Assembly (NCBI RefSeq): GCF_006345805.1
Contig: NC_043002.1
Coordinates: 45,570,001-45,634,000, forward strand
Length of the DNA stretch: 64,000 nt
Reading direction: 5' to 3'
From: Octopus sinensis
Lineage: Eukaryota
The notes below the pieces were generated by a model, which did no database searches, was not told where the DNA came from, and was given only the letters and a program-made list of their open reading frames with translations. A program made the translations under genes and the position numbers. Positions 22,964 through 35,560 of the stretch are shown here, piece after piece. Every line of letters begins with the position of its first letter. Position 1 is the stretch's first letter.

Positions 22964-24340
22964 ATCATCGTTTAACGTCCGCTTTCCATACTGGCATGGG
23001 TTGGACAATTAGACTGAGGACTGGCGAACCTGATGGCTCCACCAGACTCGAATCTGATCAGGCAGTTTCTACAGCTGGATGCCCTTCCAAATGCCAACCA
23101 CTCCGAGAGTGTAGTGGGTGCCTTTACGTGCCGCCAGTACGAGGGCCAGTTAGGTAGTACTAGCAACAGCCATGCTCAAATTGTATTTTTTACATGTCAC
23201 CTGCACAGGAGCCAGTCCAGCGGCACTGGCAACAAGCACGCTGAAATATTTTTTTGTGTACAACTGGCACAAGTGCCAGTAAGCCAAAGCTGGTAACAAT
23301 CACACTTGAATGTTGCTTTTTACATGCCACTGACATAGAAGCCTGTCAGCTGCTCTAGTAATGATCACGCTTGGATGGTGCTGTTAGCACTCCACTACGA
23401 TGGATGCCAGTCATCAAATTTGATTTTGATTTTACTTGCCTCAAAAGGTCTTCGCAAGCAGAGTTTTGTGTCCAAAGCAAAGGTACACATAAGTGGGCTG
23501 GCTACACCCTGGCATAGGTCACGAGTTATGATCTTACTTGGCTTGCCGGGTCTTCTCAAGCACAGCACATTTCCAAAGGTCTCAGTCACTATTGATTGCC
23601 TCGGTGAGGCCTAATGATCAAAGATCGTGCTTCACCACCTCATCATGTGTCTTTCTGGGTCTACCTCTTCCACAGGTTCCCTCCACCACTAGGGTGTGGT
23701 ACTTTTTCACACAGCTATCCACATCCATTCTCAGCAAATGACCATATCAGTGCAGTCGTCTCTCTTGCACACCACATCTGATGCTTCTTAGGTCCAACTC
23801 TTCTCTCAAGGCACTTACACTCTGTCGAATAGGCACAGTGACATTACATATCCAGCGGAGCTTACTAGCTTCATCCCTTGCAAGCTTACTCATGTCCTCA
23901 GCAGTCACAGCCCATGTTTCACTGCTATGTAGCTGTTCGTATAAAATGTAATACAGTTTACCTTTTACTCTGAGCGAGAGGCCTTTTGTCACCAGCAGAG
24001 GTAAGAGCTCTCTGAACAACTCTAGCAGCTACACTTTCAGTGCACCCAACCCTGCTACTGACTGGGTCACCTTGATAACAGAAGCTATCAACTACTTCAA
24101 GTTTTTCTCCCTGGAATGCGGCAAGTTGTTCTCTGCACACTTTCAGTGTTTATTGGTCCTGAGTATCTGCCACATACAAAAACTATCTTCACAGTTAGCC
24201 TTCCTGTGAGATTGCTGCACCTCTTATGTGTCCACAGCTTACACTGGGTACATCTTATAGAGTTTCTACCTATGCCTTTTCTATAGATCGAGCAGGGGCA
24301 TCTACCTGAAGGGATTTGTGGTTTGCCTGCCTTCCTACTT
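22964..24340 (-). mobile_element. RTE LINE, 5'-truncated, frameshifted
   Basis: PHD region, FRELLPLLVTKGLSLRVKG, full 3' UTR and tail. Confidence 0.9.
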
Positions 24341-25416
24341 GATGAACAGCTATGCTTCATGGCAGTGAAACATGGGCCATGACTGCTGAAGATATACATA
24401 AGCTTGCAAGGAATGAAGCCAGTATGCTCCAATGGATGTGTAATGTATGTACATACTCGACAGTGTAAGTACCTAGAGAGAAAAGTTGGATCTAAGAAGC
24501 ATCAGTTGCGGTGTGCAAGAGAGACGATTGTGCTGGTATGGTCATGTGGCAAGAATGGATGAGGATAGCTGTGTGAAAAAGTGCCACAACCTAGTGGTGG
24601 AGGGAACCAGTGGAAGAGGTAGACCCAGGAAAACCTGGGATGAGGTGGTGAAGCACGACCTTCAACCATTAGGCCTCACCGAGGCAATGACTAGTGACTG
24701 AGACCTTTGGAAATATGCTGTGCTTGAGAAGACCTGACAAGCCAAGTAAGACCATAACCCGTGGCCTTTACCAAGGGTGTAGCCAGCCCACTTATGCGTA
24801 CCTTTGCTTTGGACACAAAACTCTGCTTGCAAAGACCTTTTGAGGCAAGTGAAATCGAAATTGAATTCGAAATCAAACCAAATTCAACTGGCACCCATGC
24901 CAACCTTCCTTCATTGGACACTAAACTCTGCTTGCGAAAACCTGTTGGAGCAAGTGAAATCAAAACTGAACCAAATTCGATAACTGACACACGTGCCAGT
25001 GGAGCACTAGCAGCTCCATCTGAGCAGGATCACTGCCAGAGCAGCTGTCTGGCTTCCATGCCGGTGGTACGTAAAAAGCACCATTTGAGCGTGATCATTA
25101 CCTGTGCTGCCTTACTGGCACTTGTGCCGGTGGTACGTGAACAAGACATTCGAGCGAGGTCATTGCCAGTGCTGCTGGAAAAACACCATTTGAGTGTGGC
25201 TGCTGCCAGTACTGCCAGACTGGCCCTTGTTTCGGTGGCACGTAAAAGCACCCACTACACTCTCGGAGTGGTTGGCATTAGGAAGGGCATCTGGCTGTAG
25301 AAACTCTGCCAGATCAGATTGGAGCCCGGTGCAGCCATCTGGTTCGCCAGTCCTCAGTCAAATCGTCCAACCCATGCTAGCATGGAAAGTGGATGTTAAA
25401 TCATGATGATGATGAT
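24341..25416 (+). mobile_element. RTE LINE, 5'-truncated, fused head-to-head with the previous copy
   Basis: TAMLHGSETWAMTAED...ERRLCWYGHVARMDED...GRGRPRKTW, 3' UTR and (GAT)n tail. Confidence 0.9.
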
Positions 25417-25454
25417 ACACACACACACATATAAAACTTAAAACTCTTTTCCAA

Positions 25455-25655
25455 GACTAATAGGGGCAGTTTCCCAATTTCTGTGAATGATATATTCCCT
25501 ACTGGACAGAAAGCCTATCCATTACGGGATTATTCATTTTTGCAAGTGGACTAGAGCAACATAACATGAAGTGTTTTTATCAAGAACACAACACACTGCA
25601 CAGTCCAGGAATGAAAACCTTTATCCTATGATCTTGAGACTAATACCTTAACCCC
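25455..25655 (-). mobile_element. SINE family B-like, decayed
   Basis: aagtgtttttatcaagaacacaacac matches the family B core. Confidence 0.5.
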
Positions 25656-25702
25656 TAAGCTATGTGCCTCCAAAAGTTTCCGTGTGTGTAAATATATGTG
25701 TA

Positions 25703-25747
<45 letters not shown>

Positions 25748-25879
25748 AGCCGAAATTGCTAAGATGATCCGGTTCCGACTGAAGATTAGAGGCTTCGGGT
25801 GACCCGTCTGTTTTTTTTTGTCGTCTCTTTGTGTGTTTTTGCGTTCTTGTCCCACTTTGTAATTTATATTTTATATTTA

Positions 25880-25932
<53 letters not shown>

Positions 25933-26533
25933 TATATACAGGCACACACATGGCTCCTGGGTTAGACTTCAAAATGTATCCAGTAGTGTAGCACTAGTTC
26001 AATGGGTCCAAGCTCTTGATGCGCATGAAACCACTTCCTAGCTTGTACTGTTCTCACATCTACTCTTAGCTAGAGTAGTACCATCTATTAGGGTTCATGC
26101 TAGGGATCAATTAGGATGTCACAAAATTGCCTCCAAGGTCAATGACAGACACTCTAACACCCAGGGCAGCTGCTTATCTAGGTGAAGGTAACTCTATACA
26201 GATCCGGCACTTCTCCAATATAAGTTTGGAGAGAGTAAAACTGGCTCTAAAAAAACCAGGCCTACTAAAATGATATACCCCCTACTGCCATGTGGGATAA
26301 TATACTGAGTGTGCATTTTGTAAAAGGATAATGAAGTAAACTCCTATAGAAAATCCAGAGGGAAGGTCCTTAAGGCAGGTATATATGGTTGTATTTAACC
26401 AATATTTGGCTCTCCCTGTGGATCCATAGATCCTGCAAGAATTGATTGTATGGTGTATGGCATATATATACATGAGTGGAAAGGTATAAGTACTTGCTTC
26501 TGAGAACAGCCCAGACACTGCAGAGTTGGCCAT

Positions 26534-26750
26534 TCTTTTACTTGTTTCAGTCATTTGACTGTGGCCATGCTGGAGCACAACCTTAATGGGTTTTAGTTAA
26601 AGAAATCAACTCCAGGACTTATTCTTTGTAAGCCTAGTACTTATTCTATCAGTCTCTTTTGCCAAACTGGGAATATAAACAGAATCAGTTGTCAAGTGAT
26701 GGTGGGAGGGACAAACACTGACACAAAGACACAGACACATAAACACACAT

Positions 26751-26787
<37 letters not shown>

Positions 26788-26947
26788 ATGGGCTTCTTTC
26801 AGTTTCTGTTTACCAACTCCACTCACAAAGATTTGGTTGGTTCAAGGCTATAGTAAAACCCACTTGCCCAAGGTGACACACAGTGGGACTGAACCCAGAA
26901 CCATGTGGTTGGGAAGCAAGCTTCTTACCACACAGCCATCTGTGCCT
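26534..26947 (-). mobile_element. CORE-type SINE family A, full length
   Basis: Tail, central CA/TA tract, cacttgcccaagg core and tRNA head. Confidence 0.85.
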
Positions 26948-27272
26948 GTGTTACTGTCTCTGCAATACCCTCAACCACCAACAAAAATGGCCAAACATAC
27001 CACACAATGAGAATGCAGTTGTTTGGTCCAGTTGTGGCTGTACGTTTTGAATTACAGGTACAATCCACCATACAGTTTCTGCTTCCTCAATTTTACACAC
27101 AAGTCATGGATCAACCCAATGCTATAGAAAATAATATTTGCACAAGATGTCATGACTGGAATCAAACCAGTGACTCTGTGGTTATAAAATGAACTTCTTT
27201 TGGCTACATACATATATCTAAATATATATATATACACACACACACACATATATGTCCAGTTGTCTTTCTTAT

Positions 27273-27875
27273 AGGTGCAGGCATGGGTGTGTGATAAGAA
27301 GCTTGCTTCCCAACCATATGGTTCTAGGTTCAGTCCCACTGCATGGCACCTTGGACAAGTACCTTCTGCTATAGCCTCTGACCAACAAAAGCCTTGTGAG
27401 TGGAGGTGATAGACGTAAACCAAAAGAAGCCCATCATACATATATATATATATATATATATATACACCATCATCATAACTGTCGTTGTTTAATGTCTGCT
27501 TTCCATGCTGGCAAGCCAGAAGGCTGCACCAGGCTCCAATCTAATCTGGCAAAGTTTCTACAGCTGGATGCCTTCCTAACACCAACCACTCCAAGAGTGT
27601 AGGGAGTGCTTTTTACATGCTACCGACATCAGGGCCAGTCAGGCAGTATTGGCATCGACCATGCTCGAATGGTGCTTTTCATGTGCCACCGGCAATATAT
27701 GTATATGTATATATCTATTTGTATGTGTCTCCCACCACTGCTTGACATAGCGGTTCAGCACAATAGAATAAGTACTAGGCCTAAAAAATAAGTCCTTGTT
27801 CAACTAAAACCCTCCAAAACTGTGCCCCAGCATGGCTGCAGTCAAATGATTGAAACAAGTAAAAGATAAAAGATT
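27273..27875 (+). mobile_element. SINE family A split by an RTE 3'-end insertion (27460-27690, minus) in its central microsatellite
   Basis: Head 27273-27433 and tail 27722-27875, with the RTE tail copy between them. Confidence 0.7.
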
Positions 27876-27944
27876 CGCTTTGTGTGTGTGTGTGTGTGTG
27901 TGTGTGTACACATATAAACACAACTACTCAAAATACTGTTTTAC

Positions 27945-28240
27945 AGGGAATTAGTAGAAGGCAAGTGCACACAGGGTGGGCAGAAAAAGTGCTTCAAAGA
28001 TACACTCAAAACCCCCACAGAAGTGCTTCCAGACACCTGGGAAATCCAAGCATAAGACCATCCAGCCTGAAGTAGCTACACTAACAGAGGTGCCACCTCC
28101 TATGAACAGAGTAGGATCGCAGGAGCACAAGGAAAACATGAGCTGTGCAAAGTCCAGACCATATATTGGCCTGATCAGCCAAAGCTGGATGAACTGTGAC
28201 CCATCTTCTCCCATGTGATGTCTCTAGTCATTAGATGAAC
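27945..28240 (+). mobile_element. RTE BovB-like LINE 3' fragment
   Basis: GKCTQGGQKKCFKDTLK...PDTWE...GATSYEQSRIA...YIGLISQ, a decayed BovB-type C-terminus. Confidence 0.75.
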
Positions 28241-28249
28241 ACTATTATT

Positions 28250-28567
28250 ATATATATATATTGTTGTTGTTTTTCCTTCTTTAGCCACGTCTGGCTCACA
28301 AGGGCCGGTTTCCTGGTTTCCTTGGCGTATAGGTTCCCCACCTGGATGGGACGCAGGACCATCACATGTGAGCTGCAAGTTGCAGGAGGAAAGAGTGAGA
28401 GAAAGTTGTGGCGAAAGAGTCAGCAGAAGTTCGCCATTACCTTCTGCTGGATCTGCATGGTGCTAAGGTGTTTCGCTCATAAACACACATATCACCCAGT
28501 CTGAGATTCAAACCAGCAAACCCTCAACTGCGAGTCCGCTGCTCTAACCACTAGGCCATGTGCCTCC
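28250..28567 (-). mobile_element. tRNA-derived SINE (family B related)
   Basis: Minus head ggaggcacatggcctagtggttagagcagcggactcgcag...ggtttgaatctc has A and B boxes. Confidence 0.75.
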
Positions 28568-28943
28568 ACATATATGTACGTATGAGTATATATTGCTGCA
28601 TCTCATGGAGGCAGTGACAGGTAACCAAGATCTTTGGTGATATACTGTTTTTGTGTAGACCTGTCAAGCCAAGTGAAACTGTAGTCATGGCCAATGCTGG
28701 TGTCAGGTCAATGGCACCTTTACCAGTGGCACATAAAAACGACCCACTACTCTCAGAGTGGTTGACATTAGGAAGAGCATCCAGCTATAGAAACCTTGCC
28801 AAATCAGATCAGAACCTGGTGCAGTTCCCCGGCTTACCAGTTCTCAGTCAAACTATGCAACCATGCCAGCATGGAAAGAGGACGTTAAATGATGTCTGTG
28901 TGTATATATATATATACACACACACACACACAATATATATATA

Positions 28944-29185
28944 TGGAGATACATGGCTTAGTGGTTCGGGAGTTGCACTCTTAATCATAGGATTGTGGTT
29001 TCAATTCCTGAACCAGGTGATGGATTGTGTTTTTGACCAGAAAACACTTCATTTCACATTGCTCCAGTTCAGTCAGCCAGCAAAAATATTAATCCTGCAA
29101 TGGATTGGAATCCTATTCACGAGGGAATAGGTACACCACAGAAACCAGGAAACCAATCTTATGAGGTATGGTTTAAGAAGGACCT
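28944..29185 (+). mobile_element. tRNA-derived SINE (family B related), decayed
   Basis: ggagatacatggcttagtggtt head. Confidence 0.6.
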
Positions 29186-29625
29186 TTGATCCTTTCCTTC
29201 TTATATATATGTATCTACTACATATGTGGGAAATTCTGTCTGTGGGTGTGTTTGTAGGGTTGTTAGTTAATTCCTCCTACATCGTTTTATCGATTATGAT
29301 GGAATTTGACACGAGTAGAACTCATGTCTGGAAACCTCATGGTATACTCAGATTTTGGAATGTAACAACCACAATAGTTGAGGAATTGCTGTATACATAT
29401 ATATATATACACACACATATGTATATATATATATATATAACAATAATAATATATAACACTACCCACTCTGCTGGGAGATTGGTGTTAGGAAGGGCATCAA
29501 GCTGTAAAAATCCTGCCGAACAGTCACAGAAGTCTGGTGCAGGCTTCTGTCAAACCATCCCACCCATGCCAGCATGGAAGCCAGACGTTAAACAATGATT
29601 ATGATGATGATGATGATATACTCTC

Positions 29626-30011
29626 TCTTTTACTCGTTTCAGTCATTTGACTGCGGCCATGCTGGAGCACCGCCTTTAGTCGATCAAATCGACCCCGGGA
29701 CTTATTCTTTGTAAGCCCAGTACTTATTCTATCGGTCTCTTTTGCCGAACCGCTAAGTGACGGGGACGTAAACACACCAGCATCGGTTGTCAAGCAATGC
29801 TAGGGGGACAAACACAGACACACACACACACATATATATATATATACATATATACGACAGGCTTCTTTCAGTTTCCGTCTACCAAATCCACTCACAAGGC
29901 ATTGGTCAGCCCGGGGCTATAGCAGAAGACACTTGCCCAAGATGCCACGCAGTGGGACTGAACCCGCAATCGTGTGGTTGGTTAGCAAGCTACTTACCAC
30001 ACAGCCACTCC
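29626..30011 (-). mobile_element. CORE-type SINE family A, near consensus
   Basis: Minus head ggagtggctgtgtggtaagtagcttgc...gggttcagtcccactgcgtggcatcttgggcaagtg; retains many CpGs. Confidence 0.92.
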
Positions 30012-30453
30012 ATATATACATTATATATGTATAATCTTATCATCATCATCATGTAATGTTCGTTTTCCATGCTGGCATGGGTTGGACAGTTTGAAAGGAG
30101 CCGACCAGCTGAAGGACTGTTGAGGCTCCATGTCTGTTTTGGCATGGTTTCTATGGCTAGGTGCCCTCCCTAACACCAACCACTTTACAGAGAGTACTGG
30201 GTGCTTATATATATGTATGTATACATATGTATATGTATGCGCATATGCATACAGGTGTTTGTGATTTCTTCTCTTGACATCACAGGAAGTTATAAATGAA
30301 TGTAACCATTACATAAGCAGTGTCTTTTATTTTTGTTTAACCACTGGGAAACAGGTAAAGGTTGGCAATAAGATGGGCCTTAAGGTGTAGAAAACCTGCC
30401 TCAATGAATTTCATCAAAACTATGTACACATCGAAAAGTAGGCATTAAAGTAC

Positions 30454-30828
30454 TTCTTTTCTTTTGTTTCAGTCATTTGACTGCGGCCATGCTGGAGCAC
30501 CACCTTTAGTTGAGCAAATCGACCCCGGGACCTATTCTTTGTAAGCCCAGTACTTATTCTATCGGTCTCTTTTGCCGAACCTCTAAGTGACGGAGACGTA
30601 AACACACCAGCATCGGTTGTCAAGCAATGCTAGGGGGACAAACACAAACACACATGCATATATACGACAGGCTTCTTTCAGTTTCCATCTACCAAATCCA
30701 CTCACAAGGCATTGGTCGACCCGGGGCTATAGCAGAAGACACTTGCCCAAGATGCCACGCAGTGGGACTGAACCCGGAACCATGTGGTTGGTTAGCAAGC
30801 TACTAACCACACAGCCACTCCTGCGCCT
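30454..30828 (-). mobile_element. CORE-type SINE family A, near consensus
   Basis: Nearly identical to 29626-30011. Confidence 0.92.
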
Positions 30829-30874
30829 ATGATACTGTTGATGATGATAATATGTGAGTGTGTAAGTATGTCTA

Positions 30875-30921
<47 letters not shown>

Positions 30922-32494
30922 TACACACACACATATATTTGTAGAAATGTTATGAAGGGCATCCAGCCATAGAAACTTTACAAAAGCAGATAGCAGAGCT
31001 TGGCAGTCCTCTGGCTCACAACCTCCAGTCAAATCATCCAACCCATGCTAGCATGGAAAATGGACATTAACTGATGAAGCTAAGTAAAATTGTGGTTATC
31101 CTTGTATACAGGCAGGCACCCTGCATCCCTCATCACCTGAGTGTTCCTTATCCTGCAGATTTGTGGGTGCTGGTGCCACATAAAAAGTACCCATACTGAT
31201 TCCACGTAAAAGCACACATGCCAGTGCTGCACAAAAGCACCCAGTACACTCTGTAAAGTGGTTGGCATTAGGAAGGGCATCCAATTGCAGAACCCATGCC
31301 AAAGGAGACGTGGAATCTGGGCAGCTCTTCAGCTGGTCAAACTGTCCAACTCATGCCAGCATGAAAAATGGATGCTAAATGATGATGATGATGATGATAA
31401 GTATGTATGTATGTACAACATCATTAACACCCATGTTCAATGTTGGCAAATGTTCAACAGTTTGAGAGGATATAGGACCCAAAGACTGCATTGTGCTTCT
31501 GGGTCTGCATAGGCATAGTCTACTGGTGGATGCCCTATCTAACACCAACTAGATTAAAGCATGTAGTAGATGCTTTCTTCATGCCACCATTACTTTGCCA
31601 TTTACAAAGCAACAAATCCTGGACCAGACCAGAACAGGATTCTTATAGAGGAACTATATGACAACTCACACTTCAGAAGTGAAGGTGGAAGTGATGAGCT
31701 GAGCCAGAGACTGATGAAGGGGAGAGTGGGAGATGACTGACAATACTGAACAGCAGAACAATAATAAAGAAACAGTGAAGAGGAGGATGAGAGGGATGGT
31801 GTTGGGTAGGTTGTAGGAGTGGGTGGGGAAGAGAGAGAGAGAGGCAAGCATAGTGCAAGAAGGATGGGAAATGCATGCTGGTGGGGGAAGATAGCTGTTA
31901 ACCCAGTGAAGAAGAGGATGATAAATTAGAAGTGTGGGTAGAGAGAATAGCATTGATGGTTGAAAGGTGAATAACAAGTGAAATGGTTCAGGGTAGTAAC
32001 AAAAGTAGTATCAAGGAAGGGCTGTAGTTAAGGTGATAGGAGTATCTTGAGGAAGAAGAAAATTAGGGAAAGGGCCCAGTTCTGCGCACACACACACACA
32101 TTTTTTTTTTCTTTGCTTCTTTCAGTCATTAGACTGCAGCCATGCTGGGATGCTGCCTTGAAGAATTCTAGTCGAACTTATCAAACCCATTACATATTTT
32201 TTGTAAAACCTGGTACTTATTCTATCAGTGTCTTTTACTGAACCACTAAGTTACAGGGACGTAAACACACCAACACCAGTTGTCAAGCAGTGGTGAAAGA
32301 CAAAGACATACACAAAGAAACACACACACACACTCACACACAGCTCAACCAGATCTCAATTTTGCCAAGGTAGGTGGATCTTCTCAAGAACCACATGGTT
32401 CCAGTCTTTCTCGTCCTTTGTCATCACTTCTGTGAGGTCCAAGATCCTGAGATCAGATATATATGTGGGTGTCATCATCATCATCATCATCGTA

Positions 32495-32762
32495 TAACGT
32501 CTGTTTTCCATGCTAGCATGGGTTGGACGGTTAAACCGGGGTCCGGGAAGCCAGAAGGCTGCACCAGGCTCCAGTCTGATCTGGCAGAGTTTCTACAGCT
32601 GGATGCCCTTCCTAACGCCAACCACTCCGTGAGTGTAGTGGGTCCTTTTTACGTGCCACTGGCACAGGTGCCAGGCGAGGCTGGCAACAGCCACAATCGG
32701 TTAGTGCTTTTTACATGCCACTGACACGGAAGCTAGTCAAGGTGGCGCTGGCATCGGCCACG
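32495..32762 (-). mobile_element. RTE 3'-end copy
   Basis: (ATG)n tail and consensus 3' motifs; 5' junction in a TA tract. Confidence 0.85.
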
Positions 32763-32812
32763 TTATATATATATATGGATACACATATATATATGTATCA
32801 CTTCACCGTTAA

Positions 32813-33028
32813 CCCATTAGCATTCAGATTACTGTCAAATGTAATCTGTATTTATTCACATTGTCTTGAATAGATCATACATTCTCTCATAATTTAGAGA
32901 TTTACAATATGGCCATCTATTTCAAGAATGACATCGTTAGATTGGTGTGAGAGGCCAGATATAGCTAGTTTGAACATAAAACAGCTAGAACACTTTGTCC
33001 AGACATGGCTGATTTAAATTCTAATGGG
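32813..33028. mobile_element. piggyBac-like MITE (variant TIR)
   Basis: TTAA|CCCATTAG...CTAATGGG|TTAA; internally similar to 11999-12219. Confidence 0.75.
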
Positions 33029-33147
33029 TTAAATGCGGTTACGAATAAATCAGGTTATTAAATGGTGTGTTAATAAACTATTCAGCAAACATTAAGAAAT
33101 ACACGCTCTCTTTCTGTTAATATTAACATGTAGGAAATACTGAAAAT

Positions 33148-33600
33148 TGGATTGGAGTATCTGTAGCACTGGAGCTGTAACCTTCCAATGTGGAGAAATA
33201 GTGGCTCAACCTAGAGAGACTCCCTGACCTCCAAACTACACCCAAAGATCCTCTACAGGAATCCCATTTCAGCCACTTGTTTTCATGATTGTACTCTTTC
33301 AGTCACTACCCGACATTCATGAGCATAAACTGAAGATAGCGACTTTGTCTTTTTTACCAACCTCGCCTCTTTTAAGGACTGAATGCTAGAACTAGCCTGT
33401 GACTATGCCAGTACTTACAATTCTTGCATCCAATTCAGTTTCCAGCTTCCCATCAGTCAGTTGGTCATGCTCTTGAGAATCCAACTGAAAAGTCTAATGA
33501 CAGTTGCTTCTGATAGGACCCTATGGAGGAGATGTCTGAGAACTCTATCTCCATGACTTTCCCAGGAATAGTAGACAGAGAAGATGGATGGATAGATGGA
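33148..33600 (+). mobile_element. Expander-like RTE with 5' inversion
   Basis: 33148-33451 is RT C-terminal sequence on the minus strand; 33452-33600 is the 3' end on the plus strand with a (TGGA)n tail. Confidence 0.65.
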
Positions 33601-35457
33601 ATGTAACATTGCAAATAAAACAAAAATGTGTATTAGGACTACAACCATACTTTCATAAAGTCTGTTTTGTTTTCTTCAGTTTCTTTTCTTTCTGTTACTG
33701 AACACATCAAAACAACAAAATATCCATAACATGACATGTACAGAATATAGATGGTTATATAATAAACTAAAATTTATTCATTTAAAATACTTTATTTTAA
33801 AATTTATCAAAAACACAAAAAAAGGACAAATAAGAACCAAAGCAGATAACAGAAAACTTTGAGATATTAAAATTTCAAATAATGAACAACTACTGCTTTC
33901 AAGAAATATGATTTTAAATAGTAATTGTGTACCACATTTCTAACAATTCTTTGATATCTCTGTTTTTCTTCATTTAGCTGGTTTCTTTTCCTTGGGTAAA
34001 TTTTAGCAGTTTGGTAACCATCACCGTATTCTTTGTAATGGAATTAAATGATTTTTTAAATATCTTCTTATTGCTTTCTCTCTTATTTCATATATTTCCA
34101 GTATTTATTTCCATTACATATTAATTTATTACATAAAATAGTAAACCAGCTCAAAATACTCCAAGAATCAATTGCAGTAACAATTCAACACCTATTCAAG
34201 TCATACGTCAAGAACCAAATTGCCTCTTCCATTCAGGCAATCCAAACTGAAACCAAAATCAACATTACAACCAGAATAAAATCACCTAGTGACATTCTTG
34301 CCTGGATACTAGCAACAAATAATCCTAACACTGTCAATGAACAACTGCTTTTCATAGATCCCCAAGAGAAGATATTCTCACCTCCTTTACATTCCCTTTA
34401 AAATAAACCTACTTCCATTTAACACAGCTTAATTTTTTTTACACTCGTCATCAAAACAGGGAAGTTAACATAACCATTTTTAGTCAGCCGATCCCTTATC
34501 CCTAACCACAGTCCGTCAATAAGTATCAAATACATTCCTGAACCCTCTTGTCTTGGTCACTAGTAACAACTAAAACTAAATACCATTTACAAATGCAATT
34601 ATTATTTACTGCATTGTTTGCAAGCTCAGCATTAGGGTACTGTTCAGGTAACCTCTTCCTAGAATATCTCAATCGTTATTTCTCATAATGCTTTATATCA
34701 GCCAACCTGTAGGCTGACCACTCAATTTGTTAAGTTAAACTACTGTTAGGTACATGGTATCACCTGATACTTGCTCCCTTCAATTTTAACACTGCTATCA
34801 GCATCACAACTTTTTTTCCCCCTTCTATTAAAGAACACTTGCTCCCTTTAATTTTACTCATACACATGGAGTTCCTCTACACTATATTTTCAAATGTTGT
34901 AAAGTTATCTTATTACTAAGCACCCATACATTGTCCACATTCCCATATGAGCTTAACCCTCCGTTTCTTTGTTAACCGAGTTGATTCATTGACCTTTCAA
35001 CAGCCACAACCGCAACTATTTTTCTTTCTTTCATCATCTCCAGTCCATTGTTGTTCAGTCCAAATCAGGCAAAACCTATAATCAAGGGCATTCCAGTCGC
35101 GACCATCTTCGTCTTTTGTTTTTTAATGTATTCAATGTGCCCTTTTCTTAGAAGATGAAGCTTCCGTGTTTGGTGCGCGTTCTTGTTGTCTACGTATATA
35201 TACACACGTACTACTGCTTGCATGTGTGTGCTTATACATATGCAACTGTTAGTATTGCTTCGTACTGACAATTACTATTCCCTTATAATTTTTCTTGTTT
35301 ACGTGTGAAATAATATGCGTATATACTAGTGTCGTATCAGTACACATGTATGCTTACGTATGAAATAATATGCGTATATACATGTGTCGTATCTATATGT
35401 GTATACGCAGAATATTTTCTCTCTCTCTCTCCCCAATAAATTTGACTGTCGACATAC

Positions 35458-35560
35458 CTGACGGGTCATCTTCCCCGCCTATTTTTTTTTTTTAAATTCT
35501 TCTTTTGATTACATATTTTTAATTATTTTTGTAAACGTCTATTTTCACTTCTCACAGTTC
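35458..35560 (-). promoter_or_regulatory. Candidate 5' non-coding exon / promoter region of the minus-strand RRM gene
   Basis: Strong donor cag|gtatgt on the minus strand at 35457, in a locally CpG-enriched, non-repeat stretch. Upstream boundary unknown; the link to the gene is inferred. Confidence 0.35.

Noticed and set aside
25745-25885. TA-embedded 140-bp insert with CCGAAA and CTGAAGA
   Set aside because: Stems I and III cannot be formed in any hammerhead topology; left as an unclassified insert.
35050-35125. aagatggtcgcg YY1-like motif and MVATG... ORF on the minus strand
   Set aside because: Matches a dispersed repeat tail seen again at 36880 and 37110.
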